Origin: Methanotrichaceae archaeon
GTDB lineage: Archaea > Halobacteriota > Methanosarcinia > Methanotrichales > Methanotrichaceae
Assembly: GCA_963754945.1 (NCBI GenBank)
Contig: CAVWIG010000019.1
Span: forward strand, 1-64,000
Direction: 5' to 3'
DNA: 64,000 nucleotides
Positions 19,400-29,125 of this stretch are shown in pieces; position 1 is the first letter of the stretch, and every line of letters starts with the position of its first letter. Below the pieces are notes generated by a model. That model saw only the letters and a program-made list of their open reading frames with translations. It searched no databases and had not been told where the DNA came from. The position numbers and the translations under genes were made by a program.

Positions 19400-19863
19400 T
19401 ACCGAAGAAGACACCTTGGATAGCGAGGTTTTGCGCCCTTTGTTGAAAGACGTCAATATTGAGGAGGGGTTGATGGATGGCGCATATGACACAAACGACG
19501 CATTTGAATTTATGAAATCGAAAGGTGTAGATTGTCCAGGGATTAAGATCAGAGAGAACGCGATAGTAGGTAAAGATGCATCAGCCAGGTCAACAGCGGT
19601 TCTGGAATTCAAAAAAATGGGCTACAAGGGTTGGAAGCAAATGCATCAGTACGGTAGAAGGTGGGCAGTTGAAGGCTTCTTCTCATCGATCAAGCGTATC
19701 TTTGGTGAGACGGTTCGGGCATCTTCACCCGAAGGAATGGTCGCCGAGATTAAAAGAGCATTCATTTTGTATAATATACTTAGGAGCATATAAGTAATTA
19801 GTTAAAATAAATTATGAATTCTTGAATAACGAAATAATACTATAATAATCATGCGACACAGCA
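19400..19863 (+). mobile_element. 3' remnant of the IS5-family element found intact at 23603
   Basis: Near-identical to about 24128-24591, including the right IR CGACACAGCA; left half missing. Confidence 0.9.
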
Positions 19864-19917
19864 AATATTATTGAAACATCTTTGGTAGAATGATACTCCA
19901 CAATCGTTATCGACACA

Positions 19918-20631
19918 TCAATTGACACGCCACCTGAGCAGAACTCCTTCACCGAGCTGCTCGAGTGAGATAAGCTCCAGTTTTGGAAAGTTGACAGAGA
20001 ATCCGTCTCCGCCCACCAGGGATGGAGCAACTTTTCCCCCAATCAGCATATTTCCGATGTAAACGTAAATCTCGTCAACCAAGCCTGCACTGACCATGCT
20101 CCAGTTTAGGATCGCGCCTCCCTCTACCATAAGCCGTTTAACGCCAATTCCGTGAAGAAAACTCATAAGCCCTATCAGATCCACGCGATTTTCGCCAGAG
20201 ACAAAAATCTTGCACCTATCAGAGAGCGTGGCCACTCTCTCAGGTGGTGCAGCCCTTGAGACCGCCAAAATGCATCCGGCTCCCAGAACCTCGGCGTCTT
20301 GAGGAGTTCGAGCAAGGCTGTCAGCCACTATCCTCAAAGGATTTTCATATGTGCCTCTTTCATGCTTTTCCTTGCGGAGCAGCTCTGATTTGACCCTAAG
20401 TCCAGGATCGTCGGCCAGGACGGTTCCAACACCCACCATGATCGCATCGCTCGACGCCCTGAGTTCATCGACCCTGATCAGATCTTCCTTCCCCGATATC
20501 CGGACCTGTCTGTGTAAAATTGAGCTGATCTTGCCGTCTGCGCTCACGGCACTGTTGATGAAGACAAAAGGTCTGTCCAAAGGGATTCTCCTACGAAGGC
20601 TCCGGCTTAAGATATCAAGAGAAACTATCAA
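19918..20631 (-). CDS. 2,5-diamino-6-ribosylamino-4(3H)-pyrimidinone 5'-phosphate reductase (RibD C-domain/Rib7); true start probably about 20580
   Basis: SADGKI, DAIMVGVGTVLADDP and LMVEGG motifs. Confidence 0.88.
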   Translation of the reverse strand: MIVSLDILSRSLRRRIPLDRPFVFINSAVSADGKISSILHRQVRISGKEDLIRVDELRASSDAIMVGVGTVLADDPGLRVKSELLRKEKHERGTYENPLRIVADSLARTPQDAEVLGAGCILAVSRAAPPERVATLSDRCKIFVSGENRVDLIGLMSFLHGIGVKRLMVEGGAILNWSMVSAGLVDEIYVYIGNMLIGGKVAPSLVGGDGFSVNFPKLELISLEQLGEGVLLRWRVN

Positions 20632-20663
20632 GAGAAGCTAAATAGATTCCCACGAAGGAGGGC

Positions 20664-21725
20664 ATGAGGATGTCTAGAAATCGCGAAACTGTCCTATCCG
20701 GCACCATAATTCACGGAGATGATTTTCGGCCCCTTGAGGGCTATTTGTGCATAAGGGAAGGGATCATAAAAGAGATCGGCAAAGATCCGGTTGATTCCGA
20801 ACTCCAGGGCATTATCTGCCCGCGTTTCGTAAACGCTCACACTCACATCGGCGACTCGGCATTCAAAGATCCGCCGTTCTTACCTCTCTGCGAGCTTGTG
20901 GGGCCAGGCGGGCTCAAGCACCAGCTCTTGGCCAAGGCCCCGAGAGCAGTTTTGGTCGAAGCGATGAGGAGGACACTTCTGGATATGATCGCTACGGGTA
21001 CCTTTGCCTTTGCCGACTTTCGCGAAGGCGGCCCTGAAGGAGTGGAAATGCTCATCGAGGCTCTTGATGAATTGCCCCTTACCTCAAGAATCCTGGGAAG
21101 GCCCAGTGACGGCTCTCAAGATATCCATGGTTCATGTTGGGGACTGGGCATAAGCAGCACAAGGGATCATAAGCTCGAAGCAATAAGGGAGACAGCAAAC
21201 AGGGCCAGGCGCTGCTCAAAGGCGGTTGCCATCCACGCGGGAGAGTCAGGAACGGACGATATCTCCGAAGCCCTTAGCCTGAACCCTGACTTCCTTGTTC
21301 ACCTGTCCAGGGCATCAAGAGAGGACCTGAGAAGGGTTGCAGCCTCTGGCGTGCCTGTCGTCGTCTGTCCTAGGTCAAACCTGGTAACTGGAGCAGGATT
21401 GCCCGATGTTCAGGAGATGATCGATCTTGGCATAACCGTCGGCGTGGGAACAGACAACGTCATGCTCAACTCGCCGAACATGTTCTCTGAAATGGAGCTG
21501 GTATCGAAGGCTCTGCTGCACGACGATAGACAGGTATTTAAGATGTGCACTCTTAATGGAGCTAAGATCATGGGAATTGACGGGAAGGCTGGGTCGATAT
21601 CCGAGGGAATGGAGGCCAGATTGATGGTGATCGATAAGTTGTCTGACAACATGTGGGGTTCTTCGGATCTTCTGGCAAGCGTCGTAAGAAGGGCCAGGCC
21701 TTCTGATATACTAGCCGTATTTTAG
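20664..21725 (+). CDS. Amidohydrolase-family deaminase
   Basis: NAHTH, IHAGE, CPRSN and GTDN motifs. Confidence 0.88.
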   Translation: MRMSRNRETVLSGTIIHGDDFRPLEGYLCIREGIIKEIGKDPVDSELQGIICPRFVNAHTHIGDSAFKDPPFLPLCELVGPGGLKHQLLAKAPRAVLVEAMRRTLLDMIATGTFAFADFREGGPEGVEMLIEALDELPLTSRILGRPSDGSQDIHGSCWGLGISSTRDHKLEAIRETANRARRCSKAVAIHAGESGTDDISEALSLNPDFLVHLSRASREDLRRVAASGVPVVVCPRSNLVTGAGLPDVQEMIDLGITVGVGTDNVMLNSPNMFSEMELVSKALLHDDRQVFKMCTLNGAKIMGIDGKAGSISEGMEARLMVIDKLSDNMWGSSDLLASVVRRARPSDILAVF

Positions 21726-21733
21726 GTGTCATT

Positions 21734-22171
21734 ATGTTTGAAAAAGTATTGATAGCAACCGATGGATCTGAGCACAGCGAGAGGGCAGCGAGGGCAGGAG
21801 TAGAGCTGGCAAAATTGGCAGGGGGATCTGTGACGGCTCTTTACATAGCCGACACCAGCAAGATGAGCCACCTTCCGGATGATATGCTGCTATTCAGCAT
21901 CAGGGATATACTTATGCGAGAGGGGAAGGAGGCAGTCTCGTACGTCGAGAAGCTGGCTAAAGAAGCCGGAGTGGCCTTCGAAAAGACGGTCAAGGAAGGA
22001 AACCCCGGAGAAGAGATCATCGGCATTGCCAAAGATGCGGGAATGAGCGTCATCGTAATGGGCAGCGTTGGACGGACAGGCCTCGATAAGTTCCTTCTCG
22101 GAAGCGTTGCGGAGAAGGTTGTTCGGAACTCCAAGGTTCCAGTCCTCACTGTCCCCAAGGAGGCAGTTTGA
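21734..22171 (+). CDS. Universal stress protein (UspA family)
   Basis: IATDGS and MGSVGRTG..LGSVAEKVVR motifs. Confidence 0.93.
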   Translation: MFEKVLIATDGSEHSERAARAGVELAKLAGGSVTALYIADTSKMSHLPDDMLLFSIRDILMREGKEAVSYVEKLAKEAGVAFEKTVKEGNPGEEIIGIAKDAGMSVIVMGSVGRTGLDKFLLGSVAEKVVRNSKVPVLTVPKEAV

Positions 22172-23034
22172 GCCCCATGCCCATGCTCGTCAAAGATGTA
22201 ATGGTCAGGGATGTTGCCTATGTGACCCTTCCGGGAAACAGGGACCAGGTCTTAAAAACGCTACAAGAACGCCAGGTGTCCGGAGTCCCTGTGGTCAAGA
22301 AAGAAGAGTTGGTGGGCATGATCACTAGGTCCGACATCTTGAGGAACCGGGAGGAGGATCAGACCGCCCTGTTGATGGCCAGGAATCCGATAACTGTTAC
22401 ACCTGACAGCACCATAGAGGAGGCATCCAGGCTCCTGTTGAAGAACGAAATAAGACGGCTTCCTGTAGTGGACGGCAAAAAGCTTGTGGGCATAATCACC
22501 GTGGCAGACATAGTCAAGGTGGCTGCGGACCTGAACATCCAGGCAGACGTAGAGGAGTACTTCGAAAAAGACATCATGGTCCTATGGAGCGAGATGCCTG
22601 TGCCCATAGCCGGTGCAGTCATGGAGTACGCCCAGGTCGCAGCCTGTCCAGTGATCGATTCCGGCCTTAAGCTGGTTGGAATCATCTCCGACCGGGACCT
22701 GATAAAGTCCAGCATAATCGAGGACTCTGTTGGAAAGACTGTCATGTCCGCTGCCCATGAAGAGGACGAGTGGATGTGGAACAGCGTAATGGAGACCACA
22801 AACAAGTACTATGCCGTTTCAAGGATCGAGCTGCGCAACATCTTGGTCAAAGAGGCCATGGTGCCGGCGATAACCGTCATAAAGAGCGCCGGAGTTAGCG
22901 AGTGCGCCAGTCTGATGCGGAAGTCCAGGATCGATCAGATCCCTGTGGTAAGCTCCAGCCAGAAGCTAATCGGGATGCTAAGAGACAAGGATATCGTAAA
23001 AGCTCTGGTGGACCATAGCCAAATAGCAGCTTAA
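22168..23034 (+). CDS. Four-CBS-domain protein
   Basis: Repeated PVV...LVGI(I/T)..D CBS motifs. Confidence 0.88.
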   Translation: MSPMPMLVKDVMVRDVAYVTLPGNRDQVLKTLQERQVSGVPVVKKEELVGMITRSDILRNREEDQTALLMARNPITVTPDSTIEEASRLLLKNEIRRLPVVDGKKLVGIITVADIVKVAADLNIQADVEEYFEKDIMVLWSEMPVPIAGAVMEYAQVAACPVIDSGLKLVGIISDRDLIKSSIIEDSVGKTVMSAAHEEDEWMWNSVMETTNKYYAVSRIELRNILVKEAMVPAITVIKSAGVSECASLMRKSRIDQIPVVSSSQKLIGMLRDKDIVKALVDHSQIAA

Positions 23035-23602
23035 CTGCTAAGGCTATTAATCCCCAGCAATGCTAATTTAACATTTTATATAAAAAATAATGCTATATTA
23101 CTTATTTAATTCTTGCTAGGATCGCTGACCCTGCCCATAAACAGGATGTTGCCCGTCTCTATGTCCTGTATCAGGAACACAAACGGATGATCTGCATCGA
23201 AGATCGTTGGTCTTGGAGCATCGAGGGCCATCGTAGGCATGAGAACTGCCGTGGATGCTGCCGTTTCGGTTCCTTTTTCATTCACATCTACGAAGGCCTG
23301 ATGAATAACTTCGCTTATGAAAAGGTCCTTTCTGCCATTGATACCAGAAAAATCAGCTTCTCGTGTGAATGCGGTCGACATGCCCATGTCTTCAAGGTTC
23401 TTAGCCATGAAATATTTAGATGCGGAGGTGAACTTCGGGATGCAGACGTCCACCCGGCATTCTTGAAGGCCTTTCTTCCACTCGGCAAGGCTTCCTGCGG
23501 AAAGCGATTTTTCAAGGGAAGAAATGTTATCACTCTTGGGCAAGAGGATTATCATTGAGATTCTCCTGCCCTGGTAGGGAAGCTCCAGAATCTGCATATC
23601 CC

Positions 23603-24591
23603 TGCTGTGTCGATTAAGCTTAAATAGTTTAAATATAAATATTATATCATGAACTATGTTGATAATAGAGACTGGCCAGAATATAATGCCCAACTTGTTC
23701 GAAGAGGCGAATTCTATCTCGATTTGAGTTGTGTGAAGAACTGGAGTTGGGAATTAAGAGAAATGAATAGAAAGAAAACAGGCGCTCCATACAAATACCC
23801 TAACACTTTTATAACTTTTGCATCAATAATATACTCTTTTTTTCGAATGCCATATCGTCAACTTGAAGGATTCTTTGGACGACTTTCGACCTATGAACCA
23901 GGATTGGTGGCGGCAGATTATACCACCCTCCATAAGCGAATCTCTAAGCAAGATCTTGGAATAGAGATACCAGAGAACGACGCTGTTGTTGCAGTTGATT
24001 CAACTGGGATAAAGGTAACAAATAGAGGGGATTGGATGCGCGAGAAACACGGAAAGCAGCGGCGAGGATGGCTTAAAGTTCATGTGGCAGTCGACGTTGA
24101 ATCAAAGAGATTATTGTCTATGGAAATTACAGAAGAAGACACCTCGGATAGCGAGGTTTTGCGCCCTTTGTTGAAAGACGTCAATATTGAGGAGGGGTTG
24201 ATGGATGGCGCATATGACACAAACGACGCATTTGAATTTATGAAATCGAAAGGTGTAGATTGTCCAGGGATTAAGATCAGAGAGAACGCGATAGTAGGTA
24301 AAGATGCATCAGCCAGGTCAACAGCTGTTCTGGAATTCAAAAAAATGGGCTACAAGGGTTGGAAGCAAATGCATCAGTACGGTAGAAGGTGGGCAGTTGA
24401 AGGCTTCTTCTCATCGATCAAGCGTATCTTTGGTGAGACGGTTCGGGCATCTTCACCCGAAGGAATGGTCGCCGAGATTAAAAGAGCATTCATTTTGTAT
24501 AATATACTTAGGAGCATATAAGTAATTAGTTAAAATAAATTATGAATTCTTGAATAACGAAATAATACTATAATAATCATGCGACACAGCA
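23603..24591 (+). mobile_element. IS5-family element (ISH1/IS903-like), 989 bp
   Basis: IR TGCTGTGTCG / CGACACAGCA; 8-bp TSD CATATCCC. Confidence 0.95.
23649..24521 (+). CDS. IS5-family transposase
   Basis: WPEYNAQLVRRG, VDSTG, DGAYD and YGRRWAVE motifs. Confidence 0.93.
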   Translation: MNYVDNRDWPEYNAQLVRRGEFYLDLSCVKNWSWELREMNRKKTGAPYKYPNTFITFASIIYSFFRMPYRQLEGFFGRLSTYEPGLVAADYTTLHKRISKQDLGIEIPENDAVVAVDSTGIKVTNRGDWMREKHGKQRRGWLKVHVAVDVESKRLLSMEITEEDTSDSEVLRPLLKDVNIEEGLMDGAYDTNDAFEFMKSKGVDCPGIKIRENAIVGKDASARSTAVLEFKKMGYKGWKQMHQYGRRWAVEGFFSSIKRIFGETVRASSPEGMVAEIKRAFILYNILRSI

Positions 24592-25492
24592 CATATCCCC
24601 GGTTTCTGTGTAATTAAACCGGGATTCGCTCCCTATGCGATTCATAAATGGAGTCTGAATGGTATTGCCATCGCCGGTCTTGAAAACTCCACTACGTGTT
24701 GAGTTCTTATCGAAAGATCTGACCCATGTGCCATTGAAGTACACAGCGTTAGTTATGACAAGCTGCGTCTGGGGACTGATGCCACCAGGAAAGATGAGGT
24801 CCTTTATCTTGTCGTTAGTCCTCTCCTCAACCCAGGAGTTGATCATCGTCCTTGTCTCCTCGGTCGCTTCTTTGAAATCGACGTTCTTCGCAGTTCCGTG
24901 GTAGTATCTTTCAATGTCTGTCGTAAAGTTGTCGAGCAATGGGTAATCTTTCTCTACCCAGAGAGCATTTGCTGTTGAGAGCATATATACAGAATCATTT
25001 GCATTGAGCTTGTCATTGGCCAAGGCAAAGGACTGTCTTCTTTGAGTGTCGTCCTCAGGGAAGTGCATCACCTGTTGCATCTCATCAGCTGTCTTCCTCT
25101 TGCTCCCTCGCTGTCCATGGCGAGGGCTGAATAGACGCTCCACGGGGAGAAGAAGACGTTTTCCTGTTGGCTGCCGAGCTTCGAGAACATATCCAGAGCG
25201 AACTGGTTGTTTCCATTGACGATATCGGATACGCTGGCAGGATTTACCTGCACTTGTTTAGTGGATATGCAACCAGTCATCATTATTGGAGAGAACAATA
25301 GAGCCAAAAAAGAAGAAACGATAAACTCTTCCTAGCCAGACCTTTTGCCATAAATCAATGATAAACGTTTCCGATTATTCAATATTTCGATTTATTCGAT
25401 TTATCTATAGTCTGCCTAATCAGGGGGATTAATACATATAGAAAAATTGATTAATGATTGGAGCAATATCTTGTTTCAAGAGGTTATTTCTA

Positions 25493-25726
25493 ATGCCCTA
25501 CAAGAATGTGAAGGATCTTCCCGAAAGCGTTCAGAAAAACTTACCGGAACACGCCCAGAAAATCTATTTGGAGGCTTTCAACAATGCCTGGGAAGAGTAC
25601 GCAAAGCCGGAAGATCGCAAAGGAGGAGCTTCAAGGGAAGAAACGGCTTACAAAGTTGCCTGGTCCGCAGTAAAAAAAACCTATGAGAAGGATGAGAAAT
25701 CTGGAGAGTGGAGGCCAAAAAAGTAA
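25493..25726 (+). CDS. chaB: ChaB-family protein
   Basis: MPY...LPESV..LPEHAQ.IY.EAFN.AW...AWSAVK signature. Confidence 0.9.
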   Translation: MPYKNVKDLPESVQKNLPEHAQKIYLEAFNNAWEEYAKPEDRKGGASREETAYKVAWSAVKKTYEKDEKSGEWRPKK

Positions 25727-25846
25727 TTGAACGGCTAATTGATGAGGATTCCTGATGATATCCGATCTGAAACCAAGGTCATTTCATTCACTTCTGGACG
25801 GCCTCCTAACCTCTCCAAAGATGCACAATCCGCCTTTTCGATCGTA

Positions 25847-26431
25847 TTAATCAAGGATCTGCTTGATCTCCTCAACATGAATTGTATTCAGCAATCTTTC
25901 TGTTTCTTTGTCAGGCCATTGAGATACAACATATACAAATTCTGTAGCATTTCCATTGACTTCATCCAGCCAATACATTGCCATATATGTCATCAAAGGA
26001 TCATAAGACTCGTTACCTGCTTCCAGGAGGAGTCCCTTATGGCCATCAATCATTCTATCAAAGACTCTTATGTACTTGTTTGAGTTATTTTTAGTCACGT
26101 TTTTTTCTACATTACTGGTATTTTCAGGGTTCTTCAAGACGAAGACGCCACACATACCCCATCTCTTGTAGGCATCGGTGTCATTGCCTGCCAATACCGC
26201 AACTCCGTTAGCAAGTTCATTAGCTGGTGCTTTGAAAGAGCTGCCGAAAAATGCCGAGCCATTGCTCCAAAATTTTGCGACCATGTTCGTGTCATTTACG
26301 GCATCGAAGCTTATTTGAAAATTTTTCACGGTCTCATTTACCTGTAAAGCCGATGCTTCGGCAATTACCAAAGACGGCAGAATGAACAACACAACGAGCA
26401 CTAATCCTATCCAGATATATGATTTTGCCAA
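25847..26431 (-). CDS. Secreted hypothetical protein
   Basis: N-terminal hydrophobic signal; several N-x-S/T sequons. Confidence 0.7.
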   Translation of the reverse strand: MAKSYIWIGLVLVVLFILPSLVIAEASALQVNETVKNFQISFDAVNDTNMVAKFWSNGSAFFGSSFKAPANELANGVAVLAGNDTDAYKRWGMCGVFVLKNPENTSNVEKNVTKNNSNKYIRVFDRMIDGHKGLLLEAGNESYDPLMTYMAMYWLDEVNGNATEFVYVVSQWPDKETERLLNTIHVEEIKQILD

Positions 26432-26648
26432 TTTATCCCTCTACTACCTGGTGAAACATAAGATGGATAAATCTTTCGTCAGTATCAGTATCCTTAAAAG
26501 CTGATGTGAAATCCCCAGCCACAAGAAGATAATCAATCAAATCAATCATTTCATAACAGTTTATCACGAAATGGCAAGGAATCTATGTTCGGGAAAAAAC
26601 AACTCTTGTCCGGAGAGTCCAAGTAGCTGAAATGGGATCTTTAGGAAC

Positions 26649-27140
26649 ATGTCCCCTGAAACGCAGCCCGAGAAAGTAGTCTACACGCCCATCGGCGTGG
26701 TCGCCAGCAGCTTCGACGAGCCCGGCGATCCGAAGACCATGAGGAACGCCGAGTCAACGCTCATCCTGGACGAAAAATACGTGGGCGCTCTGGACGGCCT
26801 GGACAGGTTCAATTTTATCCTGGTCATCTACCACATCGACCGCTCACCAGGCTACCGAGAGCGAGTGCACCCAATGGGAGACCAGTCAGCACCTGAGCGC
26901 GGCGTGCTGGCCACACGGAGCCCCTGCCGGCCCAACCCCATCGGGATCACCGTGGCGGAGATCCTAACGATCGAAGGAAATAGGATCGGGGTGACTGGCC
27001 TCGATGCCCTGAACCGAACGCCGATACTGGACATCAAGCCTTATGAGGAGCACTTCGACTCGCCGGTGGGGATCGAAAGGGAGAGGAGCCAGGATATAAG
27101 CCTAAAGATGGAGATCATGAAGCATGAGGCGCTTCAATAA
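26649..27140 (+). CDS. tsaA: TsaA/TrmO-family SAM-binding protein (putative tRNA m6t6A37 methyltransferase)
   Basis: PIG, GVLATRSPCRPNPIG and GLDAL..TPILDIKPY motifs. Confidence 0.88.
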   Translation: MSPETQPEKVVYTPIGVVASSFDEPGDPKTMRNAESTLILDEKYVGALDGLDRFNFILVIYHIDRSPGYRERVHPMGDQSAPERGVLATRSPCRPNPIGITVAEILTIEGNRIGVTGLDALNRTPILDIKPYEEHFDSPVGIERERSQDISLKMEIMKHEALQ

Positions 27141-27896
27141 ACAGATTTGCTTTGCTCAAAAGAATCTGTTCTATAATTGATCGTAGCTTATTTAATTCCT
27201 TATCACTTACTTCCACATCTTCTCTACCATGTATTAGATTGTTTCTTTTAGTCCTCGTCATTCTAAGCAAGATATTCTCTTCTTCTGTCAGAGAGATCAG
27301 TTGATCAATTAATGTATGCTCAATTTTTTCCATCAACGGGGGATCATTTAGCATCTTGAGTTTTTTCGATAAAACTTCTTTTTGTTTTGGTTTTAGATCT
27401 TGTTGGGATTCGATTATATTATTAATCTTTTCTATTTCAGAGTGAGAAAATAAATTTTCAATTTTCTTTTTAGCCATCAAAAATTCCATTGCCGTCCATA
27501 AGTCCAACAGCTTATCTTTATTATCTTTGCTTTGAATCGCCATTCTCAACCAATGTAAAGTATAGAGCAGATTCTTCTCTTCTTGTGTATTATCATTTTT
27601 GTTATCAAGTGATCAAACATTTTATTAATTATAGTAAAATAATCCTGTGGCTTAAATTCCAAAGCTAAGATGGTTTCCATTAGCATTTCTATGTTAAAAA
27701 TTGTGTAAGAATCTGTATACTTTTCTCTGCAATAAATTGTTGAGGGTATATTAACTTTGGAAAGAGAGTTATAATAACTGAAATTCAGGTTTTTCTCTGA
27801 ATCACCAATCCGAACTACAGGAAACGATAAATCTGTTCTCAATGTAATTAGATCTATCGCACTAGAAATCTTTGCGTATCCTTTCTTAATAGCTGA

Positions 27897-28985
27897 TAGG
27901 ACTTACGCAGTTGAATCTTTCGACAATGAATAATAAGGATATTTTATATATTCGCGAATTGACTCGCGAATAATTCTTCGCTTAGATTCGAACCAACTTA
28001 TTCCTATTCTAAGCCTTTCTACTTCTAATCTGAGAAACGCTCTCAGGGAGAACATTATGTGTGCTCTCTGGGACTGACTTTTTCTTGCTTGACAGCTTTC
28101 GACTCCACAGAATTGCTTTATGCCTCTGTGATATTCCTCAATCTTCCAGGAATATCCACCAAATTTTTCGCGTTTAGCTTCGTCTATCTCCAGCACGTCA
28201 GTTGCCCAGTATCCTATGTCACCGTCATTAGAGACTATCCGGAATACTTTTATAAAACCATAAGCTTTTAAATGCACTTCCCTGCCTTGCAGCGGTATCT
28301 CTATCTCCTGAATTTGCATATTTTTGGTGTTATTCGGATTCACTAGCCTATTTTTCTTCAATCGGGTCAGCCAGTGCCATCCAGACTTTCGTATGGTTTT
28401 GAGATTATCTACACTGGCATACCAGCTATCGAAGAGAACAATACAGGGCTGAAAACGCCGTTCTTTTGCTTTGGCAAGCATATCTCGAAAATGATCATTT
28501 TTTGTCTTGCCGTCGACATCTATATCGTAGATTCGGAAATCAACGGGAATTATAGCGTTTCCATCTGTCCACAGCAACGTACAAATATTGATTCCATTCA
28601 CCAATCGATGCTGTTTTCCACTCCATTGATGATAGACTAGGCTCATATTTTTAGCATATGGCTTGTCCAACGTCGTATCGTCAATAACCAAGAAACCATT
28701 TTGAGGCTGAACAATATCCTTTACCTCATTCCACAACGTATCCGTATCTGGAGGCTGTCTTTGTAGAAGACGGGTAAATGCATCATGCGATGGACTATTT
28801 TCTCCTACTGGCTGGCACCTTGCAGCCTCAGTACAGGTAAAAACATCTACTGATGCTATCAGAAAGTGAATATAATCAAGATCATCGCACTTGGAAGGAT
28901 TCAAGTTCAGCCCTATCCCATTTATTTGTTGGTATTAATATAGCATATGCAATATAAGAAGATTCTGCCAAGTGCGTAAGTCCTA
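27897..28985 (-). mobile_element. IS701-family element, copy 2, 1089 bp
   Basis: Same IRs as copy 1; 6-bp TSD AGCTGA. Confidence 0.95.
27903..28904 (-). CDS. IS701-family transposase
   Basis: Protein identical to 14100-15101. Confidence 0.92.
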   Translation of the reverse strand: MNPSKCDDLDYIHFLIASVDVFTCTEAARCQPVGENSPSHDAFTRLLQRQPPDTDTLWNEVKDIVQPQNGFLVIDDTTLDKPYAKNMSLVYHQWSGKQHRLVNGINICTLLWTDGNAIIPVDFRIYDIDVDGKTKNDHFRDMLAKAKERRFQPCIVLFDSWYASVDNLKTIRKSGWHWLTRLKKNRLVNPNNTKNMQIQEIEIPLQGREVHLKAYGFIKVFRIVSNDGDIGYWATDVLEIDEAKREKFGGYSWKIEEYHRGIKQFCGVESCQARKSQSQRAHIMFSLRAFLRLEVERLRIGISWFESKRRIIRESIREYIKYPYYSLSKDSTA

Positions 28986-29125
28986 AGCTGAGAAAAATTG
29001 GTCTGCAATTATTATTATTATTATTCTCGCCCTAGGACAATTACCGTTCTACTCTTTATTATCTATCCCATTATGACTTTTCCTAATTAGTTCATCGTCT
29101 TTTGAAAGGAAATCTTGATAAAACT

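Larger units (their letters stand above)
16398..19400 (-). pseudogene. Hypothetical gene coupled to PaREP1, split by IS256 and 5'-truncated at the IS5 remnant
   Basis: Removing IS256 and one TSD restores an open frame LSKPYSLKDGDIIEGTILKIEDPDKKE|RIELKDEP...TKMDLKV*, whose TGA overlaps the PaREP1 ATG (ATGA). Confidence 0.75.
23106..25351 (-). pseudogene. Serpin (probable lipoprotein), interrupted by IS5 and frameshifted
   Basis: NVFFSPWS, INSWVEERT, NAVYFNGTW, EKGTETAA hinge and ADHPFVFLI motifs. IS at 23603-24591; frameshifts near 25095 and probably in the A6 run at 25306-25311. Confidence 0.88.
27115..29125 (-). pseudogene. HEPN (RxxxxH) nuclease gene, ApeA-like; broken by IS701, a frameshift, an in-frame TAG and 5' truncation at IS256
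   Basis: LWTAMEFL and KRNNLIHG motifs. Frame is continuous across the excised IS701 (QFFSA|IKKG). Frameshift at the T5 run near 27596-27600. Confidence 0.72.

Noticed and set aside
29040-29060. In-frame TAG in the HEPN gene as a pyrrolysine codon
   Set aside because: The gene is also frameshifted, IS-interrupted and truncated, so a nonsense mutation is simpler.
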